The notes beneath the pieces are model-generated. The model was not told the DNA's origin and made no database searches. It saw only the letters and a program-made list of their open reading frames with translations. A stretch of DNA of 64,000 nucleotides from a virus (taxonomy: Duplodnaviria; Caudoviricetes): the IMG/VR virus record IMGVR_UViG_3300037466_003369, positions 8,276 through 72,275 of that record. The stretch is one strand, 5' to 3'. The position numbers and the translations under genes are program-made. Shown here in pieces: positions 19,757 to 29,623 of this stretch; the stretch's first letter is position 1, and each line of letters begins with the position of its first letter.

Positions 19757-20962
19757 ATGGCCCAGACCAACGTCCCCGCCCTCCAGTTCACCGCGGGCGG
19801 CATCATCGCGCCGACCGAGGCGGACATCCTCGCCGGTCGTCAGACCGACATCGATCAGGCCTTCGGCGGCGACGTCAATCCGGCGCTGGTGACGCCGCAG
19901 GGCCAGATCGCCCAGAGCGACACCGCAATCATCGGCGACAAGAACGACCAGTTCCTGTTCCTGGCCAACAACTTCGACCCCGCCTACGCCTCCGGCCGCT
20001 TCCAGGACGCCATCGGCCGCATCTACTTCCTGGAGCGCCTGCCTCCGACCGCGACCGTGGTCCCGTGCCTCTGTGTCGGCGCGCCCTCGACGGTGATCCC
20101 GGTCGGTGCGTTGGCCACGGACGGCGTCAACAAGTGGAGCTGCATCCAGGCCGGGACGATCCCTTCCGGCGGCTCGATCACCCTGCAGTTCGCCTGCACG
20201 ACCAATGGGCCGATCCCGTGTCCGGCGAATTCGGTCAACCAGATTTTCCAGACCATCCCCGGCTGGGACACGGTCAACAACCCCACGGCCGGGACCGAGG
20301 GGACCAACGTCGAGAGCCGTGCCGACTTCGAGCATCGTCGCCAGCTCTCCGTTGCCGGCAATTCCAAAAGCATGATCCAATCGGTGCAGGCGGCCGTCCT
20401 GGCGGTCCCCGGCGTGATCGATGCATACGGCTACTCCAACGAGACCGCCGCGCCGATCACCATCGGTTCAGTGACGATACCGGCAAACTCGATCTTCGTC
20501 TGCGTCTCCGGTGGCGATCCCCTCGCCGTGGCCACGGCCATCTGGACCAAGAAGATGCCCGGCTGCCCGATGAGCGGCGGGACGACCGAGACGGTCTACG
20601 ACACCGATGGCTACAGCCCGCCGTACCCGGCCTACACGATCACCTTCCAGACCGCCGTCAGCCTGCCGATCAAGTTCGCGGTCTCGATCACCAATTCGGC
20701 GCAGGTCCCGGCGAACGCCACGGCGCTGGTGCAGGCGGCCATCCAGGCGGCGTTCAGCGGTTCGGACGGTGGCTCGCGAGCCCGCATCGGGGCCACGCTC
20801 TACGCCTCCCGCTTCTATGCCGGCGTGGCGCTCCTGGGTTCCTGGGCGCAGCTCATCTCGATCAAGGTGGGCACGGTCACGGCCACGCTCGACGACGTGA
20901 CCGTGGCCATCGATCACGTGCCCACCCTGCAGAACTCCGACATCACGGTGACCCTGGTATGA
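19757..20962 (+). CDS. Baseplate J-like protein
   Basis: TPQGQIAQS, GRFQDAIGRIYF, ESRADFEHRR. Confidence 0.9.
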   Translation: MAQTNVPALQFTAGGIIAPTEADILAGRQTDIDQAFGGDVNPALVTPQGQIAQSDTAIIGDKNDQFLFLANNFDPAYASGRFQDAIGRIYFLERLPPTATVVPCLCVGAPSTVIPVGALATDGVNKWSCIQAGTIPSGGSITLQFACTTNGPIPCPANSVNQIFQTIPGWDTVNNPTAGTEGTNVESRADFEHRRQLSVAGNSKSMIQSVQAAVLAVPGVIDAYGYSNETAAPITIGSVTIPANSIFVCVSGGDPLAVATAIWTKKMPGCPMSGGTTETVYDTDGYSPPYPAYTITFQTAVSLPIKFAVSITNSAQVPANATALVQAAIQAAFSGSDGGSRARIGATLYASRFYAGVALLGSWAQLISIKVGTVTATLDDVTVAIDHVPTLQNSDITVTLV

Positions 20963-21471
20963 GACCCCACCTGATCTTCGCCACGGCGATCCTGTTCGGC
21001 GCGGTGTTCTGCGCCGCGGAGGGACGCGCCCAGTCGAGTCCGGGCTTCTACAATGGGCAGGTCCCGACCGCGGGGCAGTGGAACGCCGCTTTCGCTGGCA
21101 AACAGGACTACAATCCGAATTTCTTCGCGACGGCCTACACCTGGACGGCGCCGCAGACCTGGAGCGCCCAGGCGATCTTCAATGGCCACGTGTCATTCGG
21201 GGCGGCGAGTTCTCCGGTAGTGTCCGCCTGCGGGACGTCGCCGAGTATCGTCGGCTCCGACAATGCGGGCGAGGTGACCACCGGCACGGGCTCTCCGACG
21301 AGCTGCACGATCACCTTTACCGCCGCCTACGCCGTGCAGCCTATCTGCATCGTGCGCGACCGCACCGCGACGACCACCATCAACAGCTACACGATCAGCA
21401 CCACGGCGCTTGTGGTGACCACCAGCGCCGCCAGCAGCCAGAAGCTGGACTACATCTGCGTCGGGGCCTGA
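20959..21471 (+). CDS. 170-aa protein with Sec-type signal peptide, beta-rich
   Basis: ATG overlaps the J stop. MRPHLIFATAILFGAVFCAAEGRAQ; 4 Cys in the mature part. Confidence 0.75.
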   Translation: MRPHLIFATAILFGAVFCAAEGRAQSSPGFYNGQVPTAGQWNAAFAGKQDYNPNFFATAYTWTAPQTWSAQAIFNGHVSFGAASSPVVSACGTSPSIVGSDNAGEVTTGTGSPTSCTITFTAAYAVQPICIVRDRTATTTINSYTISTTALVVTTSAASSQKLDYICVGA

Positions 21472-21475
21472 ATCG

Positions 21476-22084
21476 ATGCCCGGCATCGGTTCCTTCGTCG
21501 TCGGCCAGAGCGCGCTGGGGTCCGACCCCTTCGACTGGCGACAGACGATCATCAGCCAGTACGCCAACAGCCCCACCATCCTGGCGTTGATCGAGACCTT
21601 CGACGAGTGCATCGATCCGACCACCGACATCGACAATTTCTTCGACACCGTCTTCAATGTCGACACCGCGGTGGGCTTCGGCCTCGACATCTGGGGCCGG
21701 ATCGTTGGCGTCGGCCGCGTATTCCCAATCTCCAACACCATCTACTTCGGCTTCGAGGGTACGGACAACGTCGGCTGGAACCAAGGCGTCTGGTGGGACG
21801 GCGTCGCCGGGACCACCAACTTCGCCCTGGCCGATACGCCCTACCGCCGGCTGATCCTGGCCAAGGCCATGAGCAACATCACGGACGGCTCGATCCCCTC
21901 GATCAACGCCATCCTGCGACAGCTCTTCTCCGGACGCGGCAACGCCTACGTCCAGGACAACGCCAACATGACCATGACCTACACGTTCGATTTCGCCCTT
22001 GATCCGGTGGACCGCACCATCGTGGTGAATTCTGGCGTCCTTCCGCACCCTACGGGTGTGACCGTCAATGTGGTGTCCGCCTGA
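21476..22084 (+). CDS. Baseplate wedge / gpI-like protein (DUF2612)
   Basis: TIISQYANSP, FNVDTAVGFGLDIWGRIVG, LPHPTGV. Confidence 0.9.
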   Translation: MPGIGSFVVGQSALGSDPFDWRQTIISQYANSPTILALIETFDECIDPTTDIDNFFDTVFNVDTAVGFGLDIWGRIVGVGRVFPISNTIYFGFEGTDNVGWNQGVWWDGVAGTTNFALADTPYRRLILAKAMSNITDGSIPSINAILRQLFSGRGNAYVQDNANMTMTYTFDFALDPVDRTIVVNSGVLPHPTGVTVNVVSA

Positions 22085-23640
22085 TGCAAGACACGGATGT
22101 CCCCGCCAAGTTCAACATCCCCTGGGGCTACGCGGCCGGACCCTCCTATATCCGGGTCGTCCCGCAGGCGTCGCAGATCAGCGTGCAGGCCGGCGCCGCC
22201 AGCCTCACGGACGGCTTCCCGCCGTTGACGTTCACGCCGGAGGCCTCCGGCGGCGTGCCACCCTTCGGCCAGGACACCAACGGCATCCTCAACCAGATCA
22301 CCGCGTGGCTGCGGTGGCTGGCCGGCGGCGGCGATCCGCCGGTCTACGATTCCACCTTCCAGTCGGCCATCGGCGGCTACCGCAAGGGGGCCGTGGTCAG
22401 CTCGGCCACCACCTTCGGCCATTACTGGATGTCGCTGATCGACAACAACACCTCCAATCCGGACACCGGCGGCGCCAACTGGGCCGCCTGGGGGCCCGGT
22501 GCGACGGAGTACGTGGTCGACACCGGCGCCGCCAACGCGCTCGTGGTGACGCCGCAGACGGCGCTGACGGCCTACGTCAACGGCGTGGAGTTCCTGGTCG
22601 ATCCCGCCCACGCCAACACTGGTGCTGCGACCATCAATGTCTCCGGTCTCGGAGCCGTTCCCATCGTCCATGTGGACGGCACGGCGCTGATCGCGGGTGA
22701 AATCCAGGTCAATCAGCTCATTCGGGTGGCCTACTTCGGCAGCTCCTTCCAGTACCTGAACGCGCCCTACGCATTGACGCAGTCGCCGCTGAACAATTCC
22801 ACGAAGCCGGCCTCGACGGCCTACGTGGACGCCGCGGTCACGTCGCAGGACAATTTCGCCGGCAACCTCGTCGGCCTGATCACCTCCAACACGCCGAGCT
22901 TCACGACGACGCGGATCACGGTCGCGACGGGCATGTGCCGCGACAGCACCAACGCGATCAACCTGTCGCTTGCCGCGCCGATCAGCAAGAGCATCACGGC
23001 GGCGTGGTCGGCCGGGACCGGAAATGGTGGCCGCGACAGCGCCTGGGCTTCGCTCTCGAATGGCCAGACGGGCTACACCTTCCTGATCTTCAATCCGACC
23101 ACGGTCGCCTACGACGTCCTCTTCAGCCAGTCGCCGACGTCGCCGAGTCTGCCCGCCGGGTACACCTACTTCCGGCGCGTGAACTCCTTCCTCCTGGAGT
23201 CAGCATCGACCAATCTCAAGCAGTTCATCCAGGTCGGGGACTGGTTCGAATTCGTGGTCCGCAGCACGGACTACGCCAACACCAGCAACGGCGGCCTCGT
23301 CAGTTACCTGCGCTCGATCAGCGTCCCCATCGGGGTGAAGTGCAAGGCCAAGATTTACTTCCAGTCGAACGGGACCATCGACAACAACCCCTACCTCTCG
23401 GGCGTCTACGATCCGGACCTCGGCACGCCACCGGCCTTCGGGGTGGGCACGCAGTGGGCGCAGGTTCGGCGCACCGCGGCCAGCACGCCGGGCGGCACGC
23501 AGTACGCCTATGGCACGGTTGTGCTGGAACAATGGACCGATAACAGCGGCCACATCTACACCGCCAGTAGCGACACCGCCGACGTCATCGCGCTCGGCGT
23601 CCTGGCCTACCAGGACATCACCCTTAACCGGTACTTCTGA
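22084..23640 (+). CDS. Tail fibre protein
   Basis: N-terminal baseplate anchor GAASLTDGFPPLTF...GGVPPFGQDTNGILN and AIGGYRKGAV. Confidence 0.88.
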   Translation: MQDTDVPAKFNIPWGYAAGPSYIRVVPQASQISVQAGAASLTDGFPPLTFTPEASGGVPPFGQDTNGILNQITAWLRWLAGGGDPPVYDSTFQSAIGGYRKGAVVSSATTFGHYWMSLIDNNTSNPDTGGANWAAWGPGATEYVVDTGAANALVVTPQTALTAYVNGVEFLVDPAHANTGAATINVSGLGAVPIVHVDGTALIAGEIQVNQLIRVAYFGSSFQYLNAPYALTQSPLNNSTKPASTAYVDAAVTSQDNFAGNLVGLITSNTPSFTTTRITVATGMCRDSTNAINLSLAAPISKSITAAWSAGTGNGGRDSAWASLSNGQTGYTFLIFNPTTVAYDVLFSQSPTSPSLPAGYTYFRRVNSFLLESASTNLKQFIQVGDWFEFVVRSTDYANTSNGGLVSYLRSISVPIGVKCKAKIYFQSNGTIDNNPYLSGVYDPDLGTPPAFGVGTQWAQVRRTAASTPGGTQYAYGTVVLEQWTDNSGHIYTASSDTADVIALGVLAYQDITLNRYF

Positions 23641-24824
23641 TGGCGCTCGTCCGGCCGCCCATGACGTGGGCCATGACCGGATCGTCACTGACGACCGGCA
23701 GGCTCTCCACGGACTGGGTCCCGACCCTCACCTATCAGGCGCAGACCTTCCCCGAGTGCAAGGGGCCGGTCTTCATCTACAACATGGGCCACGGGAGCTG
23801 GACCAGCCTGGACATCCTGGCCAACATTCCGGAGCTGACCGCGGCCAATCCCACCCACGTCTTTCTGGAGACCGGGAGCATCAACGACTGCGTGGACTTC
23901 GGAAGCGGCCCGGCCGTCAGCCTCTCGACGCACAACGTCAATGTCACGTCGATGGTCTCGCAGCTCCGTGCGCGGAATCCCGGCGTCGTGATCATCATCG
24001 TGACGATGAGCAGCGTGTCGAGCTACCAGACGGCGCGCACGACGCTGCCCAACTACTACTCCGCCGACGTCTCCCTGGCCGGCAGCCTGGGTTGCCTGCT
24101 GCTCGACAACTACACCGGCACGGTCACCGTGCCCGGCGGCTGGCCAAAGCCCCTGAACGGCATGTTGACCAACGGCAACCTGCCGCAGCAGTATCCCACC
24201 CCGAGTGGGTTCACGCTGTGGTCGCCGACGCCGCAGTTCGACCCGGCCGCCCTGGGTCCGGGTCTGGTGATGGGCAACGCCAATCAGGTCCTGACCAGTA
24301 CGGCGACGTTCGGAACGTTCTCCACCGCCCGGGGCGTGCTGGCGCAGAACAGTGGCAAGCTCTACCAGGAATTCATGACCACGGCCACGGTCAACAAGGG
24401 TTACCTGTTCGGAGCCTGTACGGCGTCGGCGACCTTGAGCAATTACCTGGGCAGCGACAACTTCGGCTACGGCTACTACGGCTTCGATGGCAGCGTGCAG
24501 CATGGCGGCTCCGGCGTCGCCTTCTACAACACGTACCTGCCCGGCGACCTGATCGGTGCGGCGTGGGACTTCGGTCTGGGCAAGCTCTGGTTCGCCAAGA
24601 ACGGGGTGTGGCAGGGCGGCGGCAACCCGGCCACGGGCAGCGGCGGCGTCACCCTCTCGCCGGGGACCTATTACCTCGCCGCGACTCTCCTGGCCGGTGA
24701 CGCCGTGGAGATGATACCGCTCCTTGGCGACGGGCTGCACCCGGTGGCCAGCGCCGTGAACACCTACTTCTATCCGAACATCGTCGTCCTGATGCGTCAG
24801 CTCATGGCCACGTTCTGGCCCTAA
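23640..24824 (+). CDS. SGNH/GDSL esterase with an inserted SPRY-like domain (tail-associated)
   Basis: Blocks TGSSLT, NMGHGS, ETGSIND and GDGLHP. The intervening segment has SGKLYQEF, GDLIGAAWD and KLWFAKNG. Confidence 0.78.
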   Translation: MALVRPPMTWAMTGSSLTTGRLSTDWVPTLTYQAQTFPECKGPVFIYNMGHGSWTSLDILANIPELTAANPTHVFLETGSINDCVDFGSGPAVSLSTHNVNVTSMVSQLRARNPGVVIIIVTMSSVSSYQTARTTLPNYYSADVSLAGSLGCLLLDNYTGTVTVPGGWPKPLNGMLTNGNLPQQYPTPSGFTLWSPTPQFDPAALGPGLVMGNANQVLTSTATFGTFSTARGVLAQNSGKLYQEFMTTATVNKGYLFGACTASATLSNYLGSDNFGYGYYGFDGSVQHGGSGVAFYNTYLPGDLIGAAWDFGLGKLWFAKNGVWQGGGNPATGSGGVTLSPGTYYLAATLLAGDAVEMIPLLGDGLHPVASAVNTYFYPNIVVLMRQLMATFWP

Positions 24825-24841
24825 GCCCCAGAGGAATTCCC

Positions 24842-25618
24842 ATGCTCCTGAAGTCCTGGGGCGCCGCTCTGGCGCTCTCCCTCGCGTTCATGTCCGGAGT
24901 CGTGCAGGCCCAGGTCGTGCTGCCCGGCGGCGTGACTACCCCCGGCGGCCAGCCGGTGGGCGTCGTGCCCATGGCCATCATCAATCCGAATGACGGCGCG
25001 ACCTGCATCGTCGGCAATACCGGATGTCCGAGCATCGGGGGCGGCACCGGCGGCACGGTGACCGTAACCAACGCCTTCAACCTTGAGACGACGCAGGTCA
25101 GCGTCAACCAGCATCTCGCTAACATCGAGACGGGCCTGTCGTCGCCGCCCTCGGTGCAGGGCGTCGCGGCGCAGGGCAGTTCCGACACCGACATCCCGCT
25201 CAATGACGGCTGCCGCGCCGCCAGCACCGCGCCCACGGCGGTGGCTGACGGTCAGAAGGTGGTGCGCCTGTGCTCGCTGGACGGGCGCGCCGTCACGCTG
25301 CCGTACAGCATCAAGGAACTCATGGTCCGCGGCAGCGTGACCGTGACCAACGCCGCGAGCACCATCCTGGCCGCGCCGGGCGCGTCGCTGAACCTCTACG
25401 TCACCGCCGCGCAATGCACCAACTCTTCGGCTACGGGCGTGACGCTGACCTTCAATGACAGCGCCAGCACCATCCTCTATGTGCCCCCCGGCGGCGGTTT
25501 CGGCTTCACCTTCCCTACGCCGCTGGTGTCGAATGCGACGAACACGGCCTTCACCGCGACGGGGGACACCACCCAGACGACGGTGAAGTGCGCGGCCCAG
25601 GGCTACAAGGGGAACTGA
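24842..25618 (+). CDS. 258-aa protein with Sec-type signal peptide
   Basis: GAGG RBS. MLLKSWGAALALSLAFMSGVVQAQ; 6 Cys. Confidence 0.8.
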   Translation: MLLKSWGAALALSLAFMSGVVQAQVVLPGGVTTPGGQPVGVVPMAIINPNDGATCIVGNTGCPSIGGGTGGTVTVTNAFNLETTQVSVNQHLANIETGLSSPPSVQGVAAQGSSDTDIPLNDGCRAASTAPTAVADGQKVVRLCSLDGRAVTLPYSIKELMVRGSVTVTNAASTILAAPGASLNLYVTAAQCTNSSATGVTLTFNDSASTILYVPPGGGFGFTFPTPLVSNATNTAFTATGDTTQTTVKCAAQGYKGN

Positions 25619-25621
25619 TCC

Positions 25622-26608
25622 GTGCGTCAAGTCCGCAGCCTGATCGCAGCGCTGTGCTGCACGGCGCTGACCGCCGCGCCCGCGCTGGCGGCGCCGGCCG
25701 TGGTCGGCAATGCCAACATCGGCTCCCACTTCCAGGCGTCCGGCGTCTCGACGTCGAACGTCATCACCACCACGACGGATGCTCCCGTTGGTTCGCTGAT
25801 CTTCATGGCCACCGGTTTCTCCGGGACCCAGACGATCAGCAGCGTCACGGACAGCGCGGGCAATCCGTACACCGCTGAGAACTCGATCCAACTCGGATCG
25901 AAGCGGGACGCCTTCTATTGGTCGGACAACACGGCCACGGACCTGCCGGCGCCTGCCACGGCCACGGGCAGCATCACCACCACCACGGTCACCTTCACCA
26001 CCAATCCGGGGACGCTCGGCGTCGGGCAGGCGATCACCGGCACGGGCGTCACGGCGAGCACCCAGATCACCGGCGGCATCAGCCAGTGGAACGGGACCAG
26101 CGCCTCGGCCACGGTGAACAACTCTCAGACGGTCGGCAGCGAGACGCTGACGATCTCCAGCACCATCACCACCACCTTCGGCGCCTCCAACGCCACCATG
26201 GGTGCGATGGCGTGGCTGATCTCCGGCGCACCCACGGCCAGTCCAATCGAGACCACCGGCCGCGCCCAGGCCAGCGGGACCTCGTCGGCCGGGACCAACG
26301 CCAACGCGCTGGTGACGGTGAACGCCGCCGCCGGCTCGTTGGTGCTGGCCTGCGTCCACATCTCGGGGGCCAATACCTCGGACAGCTACACCGAGGACGC
26401 CACGGTCACCAACATCGCTCCGCGACTGCTCAGCTCCGGGAACCTGGGATTCTACTGCGTCTCCTGGCTCGCCACCGGGGTATCCAAGACCTGGACGCCG
26501 ACCTGGACCAATTCCCGGACCTGGACCTCGTGGTCCACGGCGGTGAAGTCGACGGGCGGGACCGCGAGCGTGTGCCTGTTGATGATGACTGGAGTCGGAA
26601 AATGCTGA
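25622..26608 (+). CDS. 328-aa Thr/Ser-rich protein with signal peptide and the shared beta module
   Basis: MRQVRSLIAALCCTALTAAPALAA. Confidence 0.8.
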   Translation: MRQVRSLIAALCCTALTAAPALAAPAVVGNANIGSHFQASGVSTSNVITTTTDAPVGSLIFMATGFSGTQTISSVTDSAGNPYTAENSIQLGSKRDAFYWSDNTATDLPAPATATGSITTTTVTFTTNPGTLGVGQAITGTGVTASTQITGGISQWNGTSASATVNNSQTVGSETLTISSTITTTFGASNATMGAMAWLISGAPTASPIETTGRAQASGTSSAGTNANALVTVNAAAGSLVLACVHISGANTSDSYTEDATVTNIAPRLLSSGNLGFYCVSWLATGVSKTWTPTWTNSRTWTSWSTAVKSTGGTASVCLLMMTGVGKC

Positions 26609-29067
26609 GGAACCTGCTCGCTACGACCGCCGTGCTGGGCGCCATGGCCGTGGCGCTGCCGGCGTGCGCCGCCACCTCGCGTCCGCTCATCTACATCCGG
26701 CCGCAGTCCGCGCTGCCCGCGAACCAGACCCTCAACATAGGCGCGAAGACACTTGCGGGCTTCGGCGGCGGCAACAGCGGCAGCGCCGGGGGCTCGTTCC
26801 CCTTCATGAATATCACCTACAGCGGGACGCACGCCTCCTCCCTGGTGTTCCAGGACAGCCTGGGCAAGGTGAGCCAGGACAACCTGCTCAAGTTCGACAG
26901 CCACAATAGTGTCGTGCCAAACGGGACCTATGGCGGACCTGCGCCGGGCGTCGTCACCAAGACCTACCCCATCACGGACCAGAACGGGGCCACCGGCAAC
27001 CTGAATGTGGTGGCCGTCCCCCTCCGCTTCGACGTGACCAACATCGATCCCACGGCCTCCGCCACCGGCTCGATCACCACCACCACCGTCACGTTCACCA
27101 CCAACCCCGGCGTGCTGGTGGTCGGGCAGTACGTGAACGGCAGCGGGGTCACCGCGGCGACGCAGATCACCGGCAGCATCAGCCAGTGGAACGGCACGAA
27201 CGCGACGGCGACCGTCAATAAGTCGCAGACCGTTGGGACGCGCACGCTCTGGGTCTCGGACGGCGACAATCCGGACACTGCGAGCTGCACCGCCACTTGC
27301 GGGACCATGGTCACCCAACTGCGCACCGTGCTGGAGAAGACCGCGGCGGGCGGTGGCCCTGCGGTGGGCGACAGCGTCTACCTGCGCTGCGGCGCCGTGA
27401 TCAACCCGCCTGTCTGGGACCGTGTCAGCGGCACGACGGGCATCCTGACGCCCGGCGACCTGCGCATCGCCCGTCCGCAGGACACGGCGCTGGAGAACGC
27501 TTTCCTGAAGGGCAATGCCGGCGGACCCTGGACCGCCATCACGGCTCCGGACAACATCTGGATCAAGATCACGACGGACGCGTGCCCCAGCACGAAGGCG
27601 CCGACGCCCACGATCCGTCATGCCCAGATCAACGGTACGAACGAGGTGGTGCAGGGCTTCTCCTTCGAGGGCCTGAATTTCCAGCTCGACAACAATGGCA
27701 CCAACGGCTTTGCTGTCGGGAGCGCGAATTCGGCAGAACTGGTCCTTGGGACCGGCAGCACGCAGCAGGCCTTCGTCCGGGTCGCGAACAACACCTTCCA
27801 GGGCAACTCGCCCAACACGGGGCAGCGTGGGCAACAGGGCATCTGGTCCACGACCGTCGTGGGCAACGGCACGTCCAACTGCTCCTTCGCCAACATCACG
27901 TACCACGACAACACGGGCGGCCCGACGCTGGGTTCCGGCGCAGCTGCCACGGCTCAGATTTCCGGGGGTGTGATCACCGGCTGGAAGCAGGATTCCTTCG
28001 GCATTGGTTACGACTACAAGAACAGTGGGACGCCGGGCTTGCCGCCGGCTGGCGGCGCCGGGACCTGGGCCACGATCTCCTCCGACTGCTCGACGACGCC
28101 GACCGCGACTCCCAACATGAATGGCCTCGATCTGGCCATCGGCATCCTCGGGCAGGCCGGCACGGGACTGGGCAGCCGTGAACTCTACATCCACGACAAC
28201 ATGTTCACGAACCTGTTCAACGGCATGGTCCTGACCGGCAACCAGACCGGGGTGACCTACAGCGTCGCCACGAACTTCTGGTTGGTCGGTAACACCTGTG
28301 ACTCGATCTGGAACATCTGCCGGCAGATCACCAACGCGGCCCCGGTCTACTCCGAGTGGAACTTCACGAAGAACTTCAAGTACGCGATGGGCTCGTTCCA
28401 TAACGACGACGAGCTGCGCCAGTACCAGGGCATGGTTGCCGGGGCCACTTACCCGTTTGGCGTCCAGAACTACAACATCGCAGTCCGCGGCCAGGGTCTG
28501 ACCGGTTGGACGGACATGGCCGGCAACTTCAACTCCACTCCGCCCAGCGCTGGCCCGATAATCCTGACCGGCTGCACGGCCGAGGGCAACATCTACGTTG
28601 GGACCTTTGCCAACGCCCTGACCTTCCTCGACTGCGACAACTCCGCCCTCGCGGCCTTCAATACGCTGGTCTGGGACCCGGCGGCGAACATCACCAAGCC
28701 GAATGAGAATGGCACAGCGACCCAGTCCAACGCGCCGATCATCAACAAGTATCAGGCGAGCACCACGTTCAACGGCACGTCCACGTACAACGCGGTCGCC
28801 GGGGTCAATGCCGTGTGGACGGGCGGCTCTCCGACTGTCACGTGCAACGTGGCCAGCCTGGGCCTGGGGACCAGCTCACAGAGCGCCGCCGCCTACGCCG
28901 CGCCGCCCTCTGACTTCACGACGCTGCAGACGGTGGCCCAGGTGCAGGCGGCGTTCCAGCCCAAGACCGGGGGCACCCTCACCCCGGCGCAAACGGGGTG
29001 CGCCTACTACACCGGCACCGGCGGCTACTTCGACTACGTCCACCGGGTGGCCAGCCCGCCATTCTAA
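26602..29067 (+). CDS. 821-aa signal-peptide protein, probable right-handed beta-helix (tailspike/depolymerase-like)
   Basis: GGAG RBS before ATG 26602 (true start; the longer ORF call overlaps the upstream gene). Asn-rich parallel beta-helix-like repeats (VANNTFQGN, IHDNMFTN, LVGNTC, AEGNIY). Confidence 0.78.
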   Translation: MLRNLLATTAVLGAMAVALPACAATSRPLIYIRPQSALPANQTLNIGAKTLAGFGGGNSGSAGGSFPFMNITYSGTHASSLVFQDSLGKVSQDNLLKFDSHNSVVPNGTYGGPAPGVVTKTYPITDQNGATGNLNVVAVPLRFDVTNIDPTASATGSITTTTVTFTTNPGVLVVGQYVNGSGVTAATQITGSISQWNGTNATATVNKSQTVGTRTLWVSDGDNPDTASCTATCGTMVTQLRTVLEKTAAGGGPAVGDSVYLRCGAVINPPVWDRVSGTTGILTPGDLRIARPQDTALENAFLKGNAGGPWTAITAPDNIWIKITTDACPSTKAPTPTIRHAQINGTNEVVQGFSFEGLNFQLDNNGTNGFAVGSANSAELVLGTGSTQQAFVRVANNTFQGNSPNTGQRGQQGIWSTTVVGNGTSNCSFANITYHDNTGGPTLGSGAAATAQISGGVITGWKQDSFGIGYDYKNSGTPGLPPAGGAGTWATISSDCSTTPTATPNMNGLDLAIGILGQAGTGLGSRELYIHDNMFTNLFNGMVLTGNQTGVTYSVATNFWLVGNTCDSIWNICRQITNAAPVYSEWNFTKNFKYAMGSFHNDDELRQYQGMVAGATYPFGVQNYNIAVRGQGLTGWTDMAGNFNSTPPSAGPIILTGCTAEGNIYVGTFANALTFLDCDNSALAAFNTLVWDPAANITKPNENGTATQSNAPIINKYQASTTFNGTSTYNAVAGVNAVWTGGSPTVTCNVASLGLGTSSQSAAAYAAPPSDFTTLQTVAQVQAAFQPKTGGTLTPAQTGCAYYTGTGGYFDYVHRVASPPF

Positions 29068-29441
29068 CGGCGTCGGTCTATCACCACTGGCGCGCAACCT
29101 TCGGTCCGCACGCCAGCGATCCTGGCTCCTTTGACTTCAGGCCCTACGTAGACTCCAGCGCAGGGCGGCTTACGGATCGTCTCATGGCATGTCCAGTCCC
29201 CGATCAGGGTGTTACCCCACACGGTCTGGCGCTTCTGGCTCTGGGAATCAGGAACGGTTGCGACCCAAGGACCCGGAATTCTGTCGAGGTCCACTCCCCC
29301 GGAAAATTCCAGATTGTCGGCTGCCCCCTCGCGACCATCGGTTTGCAGGATCAGGGAATGGCCGCCCGGTGCGGTGCAGATCAACTTTGCGGGATACGGC
29401 GGTGTCGTGATCGAAGCTGCGACCAGAAGAGCGACGATCAA
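29064..29441 (-). CDS. Antisense 125-aa probably exported protein
   Basis: GGAG RBS and TTG overlapping the upstream TGA. Hydrophobic N-terminus MIVALLVAASITTPP. Confidence 0.6.
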   Translation of the reverse strand: MIVALLVAASITTPPYPAKLICTAPGGHSLILQTDGREGAADNLEFSGGVDLDRIPGPWVATVPDSQSQKRQTVWGNTLIGDWTCHETIRKPPCAGVYVGPEVKGARIAGVRTEGCAPVVIDRRR

Positions 29442-29593
29442 GGCCGTCGCTCCAGCGCCTGCCGCAGCTTGCGCTCTCCGTAGGTGTCGGGATCGTGGTG
29501 TTCGATGACAGGCTTCTGTCGCTGCCACAGGGCATGACACCCGAATGCGGCCAATCCGAGATACGTGAACAGCGGTATCAGGATGATCTTCAT
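29438..29593 (-). CDS. Antisense 51-aa membrane-anchored or lipoprotein-like peptide
   Basis: GGAGGAG RBS. MKIILIPLFTYLGLAAFGC...; not in the ORF track. Confidence 0.65.
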   Translation of the reverse strand: MKIILIPLFTYLGLAAFGCHALWQRQKPVIEHHDPDTYGERKLRQALERRP

Positions 29594-29623
29594 CGCGCGA
29601 TCTCCTCCATTGTGCGCGACCTC

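Noticed and set aside
25918-26601. 5' extension making a 1049-aa ORF
   Set aside because: It overlaps the 328-aa gene out of frame. The RBS and signal peptide place the start at 26602.
25955-27257. Paired repeats as a diversity-generating retroelement TR/VR
   Set aside because: Differences are mostly synonymous third-position changes rather than adenine-specific, and no reverse transcriptase is present.
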